This document shows positions 29,650 to 39,969 of a stretch of DNA of 64,000 bases, one piece after another. Position numbers and translations under genes: made by a program. The DNA comes from Acidilobaceae archaeon. Lineage in GTDB: Archaea > Thermoproteota > Thermoprotei_A > Sulfolobales > Acidilobaceae. The stretch is taken from contig JAWBBK010000001.1 of NCBI GenBank assembly GCA_038824665.1, positions 160,001 to 224,000 on the forward strand. Reading direction: 5' to 3'. The stretch's first letter is position 1, and each line of letters starts with the position of its first letter. The notes under the pieces were generated by a model that saw only the letters and a program-made list of their open reading frames with translations, searched no databases and was not told where the DNA came from.

Positions 29650-30201
29650 TTATACCTTCATAGCTCCAGATCTCCAGAGGATCATCCATGACTCTTCTTT
29701 TAGCTCATAGATTCTCGAGTTCCAGTAGACGAGAGGAGTTTCTGTAGATTCTGAGTAGGCATCAACGACCTTCCCTATGACCAACACGTGGTCTCCTATC
29801 TCTATATCTTTGTAAAGTTCACACTCTAAAATCAGAGGCGACTCAGGTATTATGGGAGCTGTAACTCTTCTCCCTTTTTTAGGCGTTATCCGAGCGGCAT
29901 CGAACTTATCTATTCTAGAACCTGAGAGTCCTCCGAAGACGTTTAGAGCGGCTTGTAGAAGCCTCCGCGATACAGCGTTGACAGCAAAAGCGTTGAATTC
30001 TTTGACTAGTTTAAAGGTATGTCTGTTTGGAGCTGAGATAAAGCCTACGAGAAGAGGGTCTCTCGAGAGTTGGGTGAAGAGGACTACGAGCATGCCTCCT
30101 CGTCTACTCGGTTGTTCTGGGTCTCCAGCAGTTACTATGAGGAGCGGTTGCGGCACTCTGTCTACGTAGTCTAAAATATCCGGAGTCCTGATCTCTCCCA
30201 T
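29650..30201 (-). CDS. Flavin reductase-like (RutF/DIM6/NTAB family) protein
   Basis: P.LIVTAG, HTFKLV..FAVN, SGSRIDKF, LECEL..GDHVLVIGKV. Confidence 0.92.
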   Translation of the reverse strand: MGEIRTPDILDYVDRVPQPLLIVTAGDPEQPSRRGGMLVVLFTQLSRDPLLVGFISAPNRHTFKLVKEFNAFAVNAVSRRLLQAALNVFGGLSGSRIDKFDAARITPKKGRRVTAPIIPESPLILECELYKDIEIGDHVLVIGKVVDAYSESTETPLVYWNSRIYELKEESWMILWRSGAMKV

Positions 30202-30246
30202 TAAGAAGACCCCGTTGTTTTTTGTTGAAGTTCTTGTTTAAAAACT

Positions 30247-30885
30247 TTGCGGGACAGGGTTTTCCTTTTTGTTCACGTCTTTGTACAATTAAGCTCAGGT
30301 TCTCAACATATCGCTGGGGGGTTGACCGTAAGAGTCATCTGTTGGACTAGAGGAGATCCCGAGTTCATAGCTGTCGTCAGAAAGATGAAGAGTCTCCTTG
30401 AAATACAAGGTCTCTCGCTAGTCTTGACTTCAGATGTCTCCACTCTCTCTTGTCACGCTATAGTTTGTTGTGGCTGTAACTCCGAAAAAGAGGTCTGTCA
30501 TAGCGATCCTTGGGTCTCACTTTTCAAAGCGTTATCTCCTTCAGGTCGGTTTCGTTCTTTAAGAATTGGGGTTGATCCTGGTTCCTTCTGTTCTTTAGCC
30601 GCCTATGCGGACAACTTGCTGATATGGCTTGAGAAAGGAGAGTGTGAGGAGATAGCTAAGAGGATAAAGTGGCTGACCTCTATAGCTCCTTCAGACGTCA
30701 TAACTATCAACGTAGGTAGCGGTTCTGGATGGGAGCGCGTGGCTATAGAACTCACCAAACTGGAGTTGTCTTTTAGATTAGTAGAGGAGTCTAGAACTAG
30801 CTCTAGACCTATCTACAGCAAACTCAAAGACAAAATAAAAGATGAAGACCTCCTCGCAGCCATGACTATATCTCTGAGCCTCTAG
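30247..30885 (+). CDS. Hypothetical protein with C-terminal RNase H-like (YqgF/resolvase-like) domain
   Basis: IGVDPG, VGSG, LVEESRTS, DEDLLAA acidic motifs; start more likely TTG ~30322. Confidence 0.65.
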   Translation: MRDRVFLFVHVFVQLSSGSQHIAGGLTVRVICWTRGDPEFIAVVRKMKSLLEIQGLSLVLTSDVSTLSCHAIVCCGCNSEKEVCHSDPWVSLFKALSPSGRFRSLRIGVDPGSFCSLAAYADNLLIWLEKGECEEIAKRIKWLTSIAPSDVITINVGSGSGWERVAIELTKLELSFRLVEESRTSSRPIYSKLKDKIKDEDLLAAMTISLSL

Positions 30886-30891
30886 ACCCAA

Positions 30892-31707
30892 TCATTCTTT
30901 AGGCTCTACGTGGACTGTGACCTCTAACCTGAATCTACCAGCTAGCTCTTTCTCGACAGTTGAAGCAATTTCATGAGCTTCCTCTACGCTCATGTAGCTC
31001 GGCAACTCTATAGTGAGGTCTCCGATCAGTCTATCTCCTACGTCTCTAAACCTCAAAGACTTGACTGTGTAGCCTTTGTCCTCCAGATACTTTCTAACCT
31101 CCATAGTGAGAGCGGGCTCGACTCTTTCCGCTATTATGTTTACTAGAGTCAACATGTTTTTCGTTGTTTCGACAGTCCAAAAGACTACGAGTAAGACAGC
31201 TCCTAACAGGTCTATAAAGTAGTAGTAAAGAGATCCTCCAAGACTAGCTAGCACTGTCACTAGACTCTCCAGGATCTCGCCGTAAGTGTATTTTGCGTAC
31301 ACTTCTCCTTCTCTTCCTAGTCTCCTCCCAATCATAATGGCTAATCCATAGAAAAGAGCGCCAATTGTGGCTAACACGGGAGCCTGAGTCTCTACAACAT
31401 ATTTCTCTCTGAACGAGAAGAAGAGGTAGGCGACCAGAACTCCTAGAACAAGGCTATAGGTGCTCGTGGCTACGGCTATAGAGGCAAGCCTAAATCTCTT
31501 ATGTCCGTAAGTGTGATCAGCATCAGGTGCCTTTAGGCTGAGCCTGTAAAATAAAACCATAACTAAAGCGACGACTAGGTTGGCAAAGCATGTTGTAGCG
31601 TCAACTATGAGAGACTTGGAGCCGTAGAGCGCTCCACCAACTGCTTTCGCTAGGCCTCCGGCCAAGCTCAGAGCTAGCACTATGATGAACGAGATCGCTT
31701 CGCTCAA
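30892..31707 (-). CDS. Cation diffusion facilitator (CDF) transporter
   Basis: SLIVDA, APDADHTYGHKR, C-terminal SVEEAHEIA..VHVEP. Confidence 0.93.
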   Translation of the reverse strand: MSEAISFIIVLALSLAGGLAKAVGGALYGSKSLIVDATTCFANLVVALVMVLFYRLSLKAPDADHTYGHKRFRLASIAVATSTYSLVLGVLVAYLFFSFREKYVVETQAPVLATIGALFYGLAIMIGRRLGREGEVYAKYTYGEILESLVTVLASLGGSLYYYFIDLLGAVLLVVFWTVETTKNMLTLVNIIAERVEPALTMEVRKYLEDKGYTVKSLRFRDVGDRLIGDLTIELPSYMSVEEAHEIASTVEKELAGRFRLEVTVHVEPKE

Positions 31708-31792
31708 CTTTCTAGCTCCTCGGTCGTTTAGGCAGATTATACCTCAGCTCTTATCTTATGCGCTTTCAAGAGTTCCTTGAAAAGGTTTTGTT

Positions 31793-32608
31793 CTAGACTG
31801 GGAGGTCTCTTCTCTCATATAGAGTGATAGCTGTAACTAGGAAGACCAGTGTGACTATGATCAGAACGGTTATGTTGTTCATATTGAAAACGCCTCTTAT
31901 GGCTATGTCAAGAACTTCGTAGTAGCGTGAGAGAGAAAGATAGCCTATAGACTCTATGCTCGTATTTAACGTCATGACATCGAGCACGTAACCAACCACC
32001 ACGATCCCGGCGGCTGTTGGTTTGGCCAAGTGGAAGGGTAGCAAAGACCCAGCGAGAACACCGAGTCCGGCACAGGCAGTCAGATAGATTGTTCCGCAGA
32101 GGTGTAGGAGAGCTATGTTGCTATAATTCATATCTTCGTGGACTCCGAAAAGCCTATAGAGCAGAAAGCTCAGAGCAAAAGAGACCACAGTCATTAGCGA
32201 GAGCAAGATCAGAAGAGCGAAGAACCTAGTAAGTAGGAGTCTCTTTCTAGAAATGGGAAGAGAGAGGTGTAGGGCACCACTCTTTTCGAGAACATCGTCA
32301 ACTATGATGCCAGCTCCTAAATAGGCTGCAAAAGCTCCTAAAGCTATGACATACATTAAAACGAAGTACTCTAATGAGTAGAAGGCTTCAGGCGTTAAGA
32401 CTTGAGGAACACCTTTGCCGAAAAGCTTTATGAAATCTTCTGGAAACTCTCTAAGTATCTGTTCGTAGTACTCTCTTAGCTCAGAGACCCCCTTACTCCA
32501 AGCCCAGGCAACGAGTCCTATGTAGAGAGAAACTATTATCGTCCAGCCGACGAGAGACCTCTTCTTGAGTTCCAACTCATATCTCAACATGCTGAGCAAC
32601 GAGTTCAC
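31793..32608 (-). CDS. ABC-2 type transporter permease
   Basis: 6 TM, LSLPISRKRLLLTRF, C-terminal YERRDL. Confidence 0.9.
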   Translation of the reverse strand: MNSLLSMLRYELELKKRSLVGWTIIVSLYIGLVAWAWSKGVSELREYYEQILREFPEDFIKLFGKGVPQVLTPEAFYSLEYFVLMYVIALGAFAAYLGAGIIVDDVLEKSGALHLSLPISRKRLLLTRFFALLILLSLMTVVSFALSFLLYRLFGVHEDMNYSNIALLHLCGTIYLTACAGLGVLAGSLLPFHLAKPTAAGIVVVGYVLDVMTLNTSIESIGYLSLSRYYEVLDIAIRGVFNMNNITVLIIVTLVFLVTAITLYERRDLPV

Positions 32609-33495
32609 CTCTCGTAGAAGTGTAGGAAGAGTTCTTCTAAAGTTATGTTCCTCACCTCTATGTCTTCAATGTGGTGTTCTGCAAGGACTTCCAGAACTTG
32701 TGAGTAGCCACTCCTTACTATCATCTCTACCTCTCTACCGTCTCCTAAGACTCTTACTTTGACTACGCCAACTTCTCCCTCTAGTTTTCTAGGACTCAGG
32801 GGCTCTCTCAGTAGCGCCTTTATGATTTTACCTGACTTCGAGAGGATAGAGTTAAGGCTTTCAAGAGCTATGATCTTGCCTCCTTTGATCAAACAGACTC
32901 GATCGGCTACTTTCTGGACTTCGCTGAGCACGTGAGAAGAGAGAAACACGGTTTTGCCTTTTTGGACTTCGTTCTTCAAGAAAGTCAAGAACCTGTCTCT
33001 CATTAATGGGTCAAGTCCTGTAGTTGGTTCGTCTAATATTACGACCTCAGGGTCGTGCATGAAGGTTAGAATTATAAGTAACGTCTGTCTCATACCTTTA
33101 GAGTACTCCTCTATCCTTTTGTTCAAGTCTAAGGGGAACAGGCTTAGAAGTTCATCAAGTCTAGGAGCTCCTCCTCTTATATTTGCGAAATGCTTAACGA
33201 TCTCCCTACCTCTTAGACCTCTAGGAAAACCAAACTCCTCAGGTAAAAAGCCTAGACGGGCTTTAATCTCAGCCATTCTAGAGTCGTCTCTAGAGTCTAC
33301 TCCCAAGACCAAAGCTCTGCCTCGAGTAGGTCTTAAAAGTCCTAGCAAGAGTCTGATCGTGGTGGTCTTTCCTGCTCCGTTTGGACCTAGATAACCAAAC
33401 ACCTCTCCTTTTCTAACGGAAAAGCTTACATCTTCTACGCCGAGTCTCTCGTTGTAATACTTGGTCAGACCTTCAGCGACTATAACTTCGTTCAG
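32605..33495 (-). CDS. ABC transporter ATP-binding protein (probable CTG start)
   Basis: GPNGAGKTT, YSKGMRQ, ILDEPT, SSH; frame extends to CTG 33495 ((L)NEVIVAEGLTKYY..GVEDVSFSV) with SD GAGGTGA. Confidence 0.92.
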   Translation of the reverse strand: MNEVIVAEGLTKYYNERLGVEDVSFSVRKGEVFGYLGPNGAGKTTTIRLLLGLLRPTRGRALVLGVDSRDDSRMAEIKARLGFLPEEFGFPRGLRGREIVKHFANIRGGAPRLDELLSLFPLDLNKRIEEYSKGMRQTLLIILTFMHDPEVVILDEPTTGLDPLMRDRFLTFLKNEVQKGKTVFLSSHVLSEVQKVADRVCLIKGGKIIALESLNSILSKSGKIIKALLREPLSPRKLEGEVGVVKVRVLGDGREVEMIVRSGYSQVLEVLAEHHIEDIEVRNITLEELFLHFYER

Positions 33496-33627
33496 TACAG
33501 CTCACCTCTTTTTCTAGAAAACGGAAGTTTTTATCGGAAAAGTTTTTCGAATTTTGTAGCAAACCTATGGATGTTAAATCTTATTATATGGTTGTCTTAT
33601 ACAGTACCATCACAAATTAAATTTTTT

Positions 33628-33642
33628 CGTTAATAATTAACG
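33628..33642. promoter_or_regulatory. Palindromic operator candidate CGTTAAT-A-ATTAACG
   Basis: Perfect 7-bp arms directly upstream of TTTAAA in the oxidoreductase operon promoter. Confidence 0.45.
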
Positions 33643-33689
33643 TTTAAAAACTTAAGAAACAATTGGATTAGCGAAGCAGTGACCTAATT

Positions 33690-36192
33690 ATGTCCATTAA
33701 GTTAAGCAGAAGAGACTTCGTAAAGCTAGCCGCTCTTGCAGGCGTTGCCGCTTCTGTTCCTCTTGTTCATAGGGCTATCGAAAAGAAAGTTGAAGAGCCT
33801 GTATCTCTGAGTCCTGAGACCTCTGTCAGGTTTGTCAACACGTATTGCTATATGTGTGCAGCTCTCTGCGCGTTCGCATAGCTGTGAGAGATGGAAAGCC
33901 GATTTATGTGACTCGCAACGAAGAGAATCCACAGCCTGGAATATGCGGTAGAGGAGCGTTAGCCACGTGGTTATGGAACCATCCGCTTAGGATCAGAAAG
34001 CCTCTGAAAAGAGTAGGTGAGAGAGGAGAAGGTAAGTTCCAGGAGATATCTTGGGAACAGGCTCTTGACGAGATAGCTGCAAAGCTAAAAGAGATAGCTG
34101 AAAAATATGGACCTAAAGCGATAGCTTTCACCTGGCACGAACACGGATTAGATTATGTGCCTCTTTTCAGATTCGCGTTAGGTACTCCCAGCTTTACAAA
34201 CCATATTGGGACATGTAATAACAACTGAACACTCTAGCTAGGAGAGCTTGTCTAGCGGCTGGAGGTCCCCCTACAGTAGAGCCTGACCTTAAGAATGCCA
34301 GCTATTTACTTTTAGTAGGCAGAACCTATACTACAGCTAACATGGGTCACGTAAGCTGGCTTAGGTCTAACGATAAGGTCAGAGTAGTTTACGTTGGTCC
34401 CAGAATGGCTGAAATAGCTTTCGGAGATGTGGAGTGGGTTCCAATAAAGCCAGCTACAGATGTGGCTTTCGTTTTAAGTTTAATTCATGTCATTATAGAG
34501 GAAGGTCTATATGATGCAGATTTCTTGAAGAAGTACACCAATGCTCCCTTCTTGATAAAGCCCGACGGAAGACCTCTAGTAGAAGCGGATATTAGAGAAG
34601 GAGGCGGGACAGCTGTCTACTTGGTCTACGACAACAGAACGAGGACCTTAGAAGATCACACTAAGGCTGTAGACCCCAGCCTCACCTATTCTGGAAAAGT
34701 GACTCTAAGAGATGGAACAGAGATAACTGTAACCACAGCTTTCAATCTGTTGAGAGAAAGAGCCGCTAAGTATAAGCCAGAAGAAGCTGAGAAGATAACT
34801 GGAGTTCCCGCTACCACTATAAGAAGAATAGCTAGAGAATTTGCTCTCTATAGAGGAGTAGCGGACGACACTTGGTACATAAGCAAAAACGGTAACGATT
34901 ATGATGACGTTAGAGCTATACTTGTGTTGAACGCGCTTGTTGACAACATCGACAAGCCTGGAGGTCTATGCTATGCAGAGTCAGCAAGGTTTCCATCAAT
35001 AATTACGGTCAGAACTATTGGGGGCAAGAGATATGCTGAGACTGTTTACGGTGCTAGGATGCCAGAGGAGCTTTTTGGAGACGTTGGAGCGCTAAGGGTT
35101 GACAGAGCTAAATACAGACTCACTGTTTCATCATTCGACGCAGTATTAGACGCTATAATCAGAGAAGACCCCTATCCGATCAAGGCTCTCTTCCTGATAG
35201 GGACCTCACCCATAATGAGAGACATGAACACAAAGAAGGTTATAGAGGCCTATAACAAGCTCGAGCTACTGGTTGTGATTGACGTATTACCTCAAGACGA
35301 TGTTGACTACGCAGACTACGTGCTTCCCGACACAATATTCCTCGAAAGAGACGAGATAACGTCAACCAAGTGGACTTTACACGCTTCTGTCCAGGTTCAG
35401 AACAAGGCTATAGATCCTCCTGAAGGTTATGACGTTAGAGACGCTCTCTGGATAATTTTTGAAATAGCTAGAAGGGCGTTTCCAGAAAGAGCTTCAGCTT
35501 TGGGCTGGAGCGAAGCATATGCTGACTACAAGAGATACGAGGAAGAGTTTTTACACAAGCTGGACGAGAGCATAATATCCAGACTTGCAACCGCTTGGGG
35601 ACTAAGTGTAGAGACTTTGGTGAGAGAGCTTAGCGATAAAGGGTACTACGTGCTCAAGAGGAAGGAATACTGCGTTAGACCATATAGAACGGCTTTAGGT
35701 ACTCCTAGCGGGAAGGTAGAGATCTATTCCCTAACGGCTCTAGCTAACGGACTAGACCCGCTTCCAGACTATAGACCGCCTCCAGCATATACTTTGCCCA
35801 CAGCGCCCGATGAGTTCTACTTGGTGAACGGAAAGGGTCCGCTGACTTCTGTCCACGCTAGTTTGATGGAACCCATGAAGTACTTAGGAGACAGAAGCGT
35901 ATGGATGAATCCCAAGGACGCCGAGAGGCTAGGGATAAGAGATGGAGACCTCGTAGAACTTGAGGGAATAGATACTAATGTCGAGTCGGTGGCTAGAGTT
36001 AAAGTCACTAACAGGGTTAGAGAGAAGGTGTTGTTCGTATACTCTCAGACAGGGAGCAGGAGGTCCAGACTGTTGCCACAGAACCACTTTTCAAGAGAAG
36101 GCATCAACCCTAACTCGTTCGCTAAGGGCTATGTCATTCCAATCGTCGGAGGAGCTACGTCTAATAGTAGCGTAAGGGTGAGGAAGCTATGA
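33690..36192 (+). pseudogene. Tat-exported molybdopterin oxidoreductase catalytic subunit (PsrA/SreA/Ttr-like, DMSO reductase superfamily), two frameshifts
   Basis: SRRDFVK Tat motif, CYMC..C 4Fe-4S motif, ICGRG, PLKRVGERGEG, PATD, DYVLP..LER, C-terminal MNP.DA..GI.DGD; frame changes at ~33868 and ~34219-34228. Confidence 0.9.
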
Positions 36193-36503
36193 GGCTCGCA
36201 TACCTTTGGGACTCAACTAAGTGCATAGGTTGTATGGCGTGCGTGGTGGCCTGTCCCTACAACGCTAGATGGGTACACCCATCAACTTTAGTTCCAGAGA
36301 AGTGTCCAGGCCCTACATGTATTGGCATTATAAAAGAAGGCGAGAAGTCTATATGTGTCAGCGTATGTCCAGCTAACGCCAGAGACTTCGGTGACATAGA
36401 TGACCCTAAGAGCAGTATAAGCGTTAAGATATTTAGAAACAAGACGGAGAGACCTCTAGAGCCGCTAGGAACAGAACCCAAATACTTTATAGTTTTGGGG
36501 TGA
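36189..36503 (+). pseudogene. PsrB/NrfC-type Fe-S subunit with a large in-frame internal deletion
   Basis: CIGCMACVVAC joined directly to PYNAR..KC..C..CVSVCP..FGD; the middle CxxCxxPxCxxVCP segment is absent. Confidence 0.75.
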
Positions 36504-36509
36504 GGCCAG

Positions 36510-37649
36510 GTGAAGAGAGCTACGATCACGGTTTTGTCGTTGTTGACCATCATAGTAGGCTTAGCGCTCATAGCTATAGGCTTTACCAAGAAGACTGTTC
36601 ACGAAGTGTCTTGGGGTTTCCTAATAGTAGGGTATACAATGTTCGCTTTGATGGCCTCCGGCTCGACTGTAGTCAACAGCATCTATGCTCTCTTCGGCTA
36701 TAAGGGACCTAAGGAGGAACTTGCGAGTTCCATAAAGCTGGGTGTGTTGTTCTCTATAGCGGCTCTAGTGCCTGGGCTCTTAACTATAGCCGCCGACGTG
36801 AGTAGACCTTGGGACTTCTGGAAGATCTACGTATACTTTAACGTTGATTCCAACATAGCCTGGATGGTCGTATTATATACCATATTGATGGCGCTACTGG
36901 TCGTGGAACTGGTGTTATTCATTAGAACGGGCTCAGTCGAGCTAACGGGGTCTTTGAAATGGATCAAACCTGTGGTCGCAACTCTAGCTTTGATAACTAC
37001 ATTGCTCGCTTCCAGCAACTTAGCTCAAGTTTTTGGATCGTTGATCTCAGTCCCAGGATGGCATGGTCTACTAGCGCCATACTTCATAACTGTAGCAATA
37101 TTACTAGGAGCCTCTGGTCAGGCTCTGTTTGTAACGTTAACTCTAAGAGATAGGACTGAGATAGTGCGGTTCTTAGCGAGGTACTATGGATTCATATTGA
37201 CGTTAGCACTCCCTGTCCTGGCGTTCTTCTTGTTCTGGAACATAGTGTTAGCTCGACGTAGTGTGGCCTGACTGACCTACAGCGAGATAGTCACAGGCAC
37301 ATATTCTTTAGGGTTCTGGGGCATCGTAGTGACCTTAGGAGTAGCGGTTCCGTTCGTCTTGGCCTTCTACTCTTTCGTAACGAGCAGATACGCAACTGTA
37401 GCTTTAGCGTCGGTTCTTGTGCTTATTGCGTTACTGTACAACATGTACCTCCAGATCATAGTGCATCAACTCAAAGCTTACGAGCCTCTAGCTAACGTGA
37501 TCAGAGAGGTCAGCTATTCTCTATCTAGTAGCGAAGTGATGGTGATGTTAGGCTCTATAATAATATGGCCATCACTATATGTCCTGGCTCTACAGCTGTT
37601 GCCGCTGATGTCAGAAGAAAAGCCATCTAGATTATATATCTTTAAATAG
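36510..37649 (+). pseudogene. PsrC/NrfD-type membrane anchor subunit with in-frame TGA at 37269-37271
   Basis: WGFLI..Y, ADVSRPW, SNIAW; 36510-37271 and 37329-37649 share one frame, separated only by a TGA (likely TGG->TGA). Confidence 0.85.
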
Positions 37650-37747
37650 AGAGTAGTCTTGTGTTCAACTCTTCTCTCCCTTTCTTTTTTTACATCATCT
37701 CTTGTAACTCCTGTTTACATCCTCAAGTTCAGTAACGGAATGCATAG

Positions 37748-37823
37748 CGGGCCCGCCGGGATTTGAACCCGGGACCTCCGGCTCCGGAGGCCGGCGCTCT
37801 AGTCCTGGCTGAGCTACGGGCCC
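37748..37823 (-). tRNA. tRNA-Arg(CCG)
   Basis: GGGCCCG acceptor stem, anticodon arm CCGGC-CTCCGGA-GCCGG, GGTTCAAATCC; CCA not encoded. Confidence 0.96.
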
Positions 37824-37900
37824 TCTCCTTCTTACAGAAAGGTGGTTTTTTATCAATACTTTTTTATGGTGTCACCGAGGAGATCTCCCCTCTACTTTCG

Positions 37901-37921
37901 CTCCTTCTTTTTCCTCTGGAG
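37901..37921 (-). promoter_or_regulatory. ORB-like Orc1/Cdc6 binding box
   Basis: Minus strand CTCCAGAGGAAAAAGAAGGAG resembles ORB (TCCAnnGGAAA-n-G-rich), 13 nt upstream of the cdc6 ATG. Confidence 0.6.
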
Positions 37922-37933
37922 CCGGTGGCTCTT

Positions 37934-39175
37934 ATGGAAGCTATAGACGAGATCTTCAAATCAGCATTGAGGTCGAAGATCTTTAGAGATAGAGAGAAAC
38001 TCCTTCCAGACTACGTTCCTGAAGCTCTTCCTCATAGAGATGCAGAGATCAGAAAGGTGGCTTCTGTTCTGGCTCCTGCTCTCAGAGGCGAGAAGCCTAG
38101 CAATCTCTTCATCTACGGGCTTACTGGAACCGGCAAAACGGCTGTGGTTAGACTTGTGACCAGCAGACTAGAGCAGTCCGCTAAAGAAGCAGGGTCGAAA
38201 CTTAAGAGCGTATACGTCAATGTAAGATATAGAGATACCCCTTATAGGGTTCTCGCCGATATAGCCGAAAGCGTAGGAGTCAGGATACCCTTTACTGGAA
38301 TATCTACTAGCGAGGTGTTCGATAGGATAATAAAGAGAGTAAGCGGGTCTGGCTATGTCTACATTATAGTTTTAGATGAGATAGACTTCTTGGTGAAAAA
38401 ATACGGCGACGACCTTCTTTACAAGCTCACTAGAGTTAACAGCCAGTTGCTAGAGGCTAAGGTCTCCCTTATAGGTATAACCAACAGCGTAGACTTCGTT
38501 GAAAGCGTGGACCCTAGAGTCAAGAGCAGTCTAAGCGAAGTCGAGATAGTGTTCCCTCCATACAACGCTGAACAACTTAAAGACATACTGGAAGCTAGAG
38601 CAAGAGAGGCTTTTGTTCCTGGAGCTCTCGATAACGAAGTCATACCGTTATGTGCTGCTCTTGCAGCCAGAGAGCACGGAGATGCTAGAAGAGCTCTAGA
38701 CCTTCTTCGGGTAGCTGGAGAAATAGCTGAAAGGAGAGGAGACGATAAGGTCACAAAAGAGCATGTGATGATGGCAAGAGAGGAAATAGAAAGAGATAGA
38801 GTTGCAGACGTGTTAAGAGTGCTTCCTCTTCACAGCAAGCTCGTGGTCTTAGCCGTAGTCTCAGCTACAGGAGGCGGTCTCAGTTACACGACGACAGGAG
38901 AGGTTTATGATGTATACAGAAAATTGACCCATAAGCTCGGTATAGAGACGGTTACTCTAAGGAGGGTTAGCGGGATTTTAGCGGAGTTAGATATGATAGG
39001 CCTAGTAGCTGGAAGAGTGGTCAGCAGAGGCAGATACGGAAAGACGAGAGTGATAGAGTTGAGAGCAGATGTACCTCTTGTGCTTAAGACCCTTGCTGAA
39101 GATCTAATGCTAGAAGAAGTAGTGGAGAACATTGCAAGAGAGACTCTCGGAAAACGCAGTGATAGCGTGCGATGA
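37934..39175 (+). CDS. cdc6: Orc1/Cdc6 replication initiator (Orc1-1 type)
   Basis: [43 protein letters not shown], wH SRGRYGKT; true start ATG 37934 (the track start lies inside the tRNA). Confidence 0.97.
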   Translation: MEAIDEIFKSALRSKIFRDREKLLPDYVPEALPHRDAEIRKVASVLAPALRGEKPSNLFIYGLTGTGKTAVVRLVTSRLEQSAKEAGSKLKSVYVNVRYRDTPYRVLADIAESVGVRIPFTGISTSEVFDRIIKRVSGSGYVYIIVLDEIDFLVKKYGDDLLYKLTRVNSQLLEAKVSLIGITNSVDFVESVDPRVKSSLSEVEIVFPPYNAEQLKDILEARAREAFVPGALDNEVIPLCAALAAREHGDARRALDLLRVAGEIAERRGDDKVTKEHVMMAREEIERDRVADVLRVLPLHSKLVVLAVVSATGGGLSYTTTGEVYDVYRKLTHKLGIETVTLRRVSGILAELDMIGLVAGRVVSRGRYGKTRVIELRADVPLVLKTLAEDLMLEEVVENIARETLGKRSDSVR

Positions 39176-39725
39176 TGGAATAGTCGCTAAGTTCAGTCAG
39201 AAATGGGGAGTTCAAGCTTGTCTTCTCTGGCTTAGCGGACCTCTTGACGTCGAGGCAACTCTAGCTCCTATAGACGTTCTCGAATCTTCCTCTCTGGTGG
39301 CAGGTCTTTACTTGATGTTGACTCAACGTAATGGAGTAAGGCCAAGAGCGATATTGCTCGACTCTCTTACCACATTGGGTTTCAGCGTAGTATCCCCTTC
39401 GACTCTTTACAAACTCTTAGAGACCCCTGTGGTAGTGGTTTACAAATACAGACCTAGGCTGGAGAGACTCACTACAGCTCTCAAGAAGCACTTTGTTGAC
39501 TGGAGTTTGAGAGCTTCTGTTTTAAAGCTTCTCGAGAGAACAGTGAGGGTCGAAACGAAGAAAGGCGAGTTGTATCTAATAACGTGGGGGATCGAGATAG
39601 AGGAGGCGAGGAAACTCGTAGAGGAACTACAGAGACACTCAAGGGTTCCTGAGCCCTTAAGACTTGTTCACTCTATAGCTTCAGAACTCACTAGGCTTGT
39701 CTTACGGTCAGAACTCTCTTCATGA
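39132..39725 (+). CDS. DUF99 family protein (endonuclease V-like / endonuclease dU)
   Basis: [33 protein letters not shown]; start likely GTG ~39159. Confidence 0.85.
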   Translation: MQERLSENAVIACDDGIVAKFSQKWGVQACLLWLSGPLDVEATLAPIDVLESSSLVAGLYLMLTQRNGVRPRAILLDSLTTLGFSVVSPSTLYKLLETPVVVVYKYRPRLERLTTALKKHFVDWSLRASVLKLLERTVRVETKKGELYLITWGIEIEEARKLVEELQRHSRVPEPLRLVHSIASELTRLVLRSELSS

Positions 39726-39771
39726 AGAGCTAAAGGGACTACGCTAACAAAGTTGTTTTAAGGTGTAGAGC

Positions 39772-39957
39772 GTGGTAAACTTCGGGTCAATCGGACTACC
39801 TGAATTGTTGGTAATCTTGCTGATAATACTGATCGTTGTAGGTCCCGCTAAGCTTCCTGAGCTAGCTAGAGCTCTAGGAGCTTCTATCAGAGAGTTCAGA
39901 GAAGCAGTAAGCGGAGAAGAAGAACATAAAAGAGAGAAAGTTGAGTCTAAACATTAG
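39772..39957 (+). CDS. tatA: Twin-arginine translocase TatA
   Basis: [31 protein letters not shown]. Confidence 0.93.
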   Translation: MVNFGSIGLPELLVILLIILIVVGPAKLPELARALGASIREFREAVSGEEEHKREKVESKH

Positions 39958-39969
39958 CGGCGAAAGCTG

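Noticed and set aside
34226-34228. TGA near the Mo-ligand Cys as possible selenocysteine
   Set aside because: The downstream coding sequence is in a different frame, so readthrough would not restore the protein; the catalytic position is already Cys
37269-37271. In-frame TGA in the NrfD-like gene as recoding
   Set aside because: TGA is used as a normal stop throughout the window and the rest of the operon is disrupted; a nonsense mutation is simpler
37763-37933. N-terminal extension of Cdc6 in the ORF track
   Set aside because: Starts inside tRNA-Arg and crosses its promoter; homology begins at ATG 37934
39722-39770. ATGAAGA C-box-like motif with GGGACTAC
   Set aside because: No credible C' and D boxes
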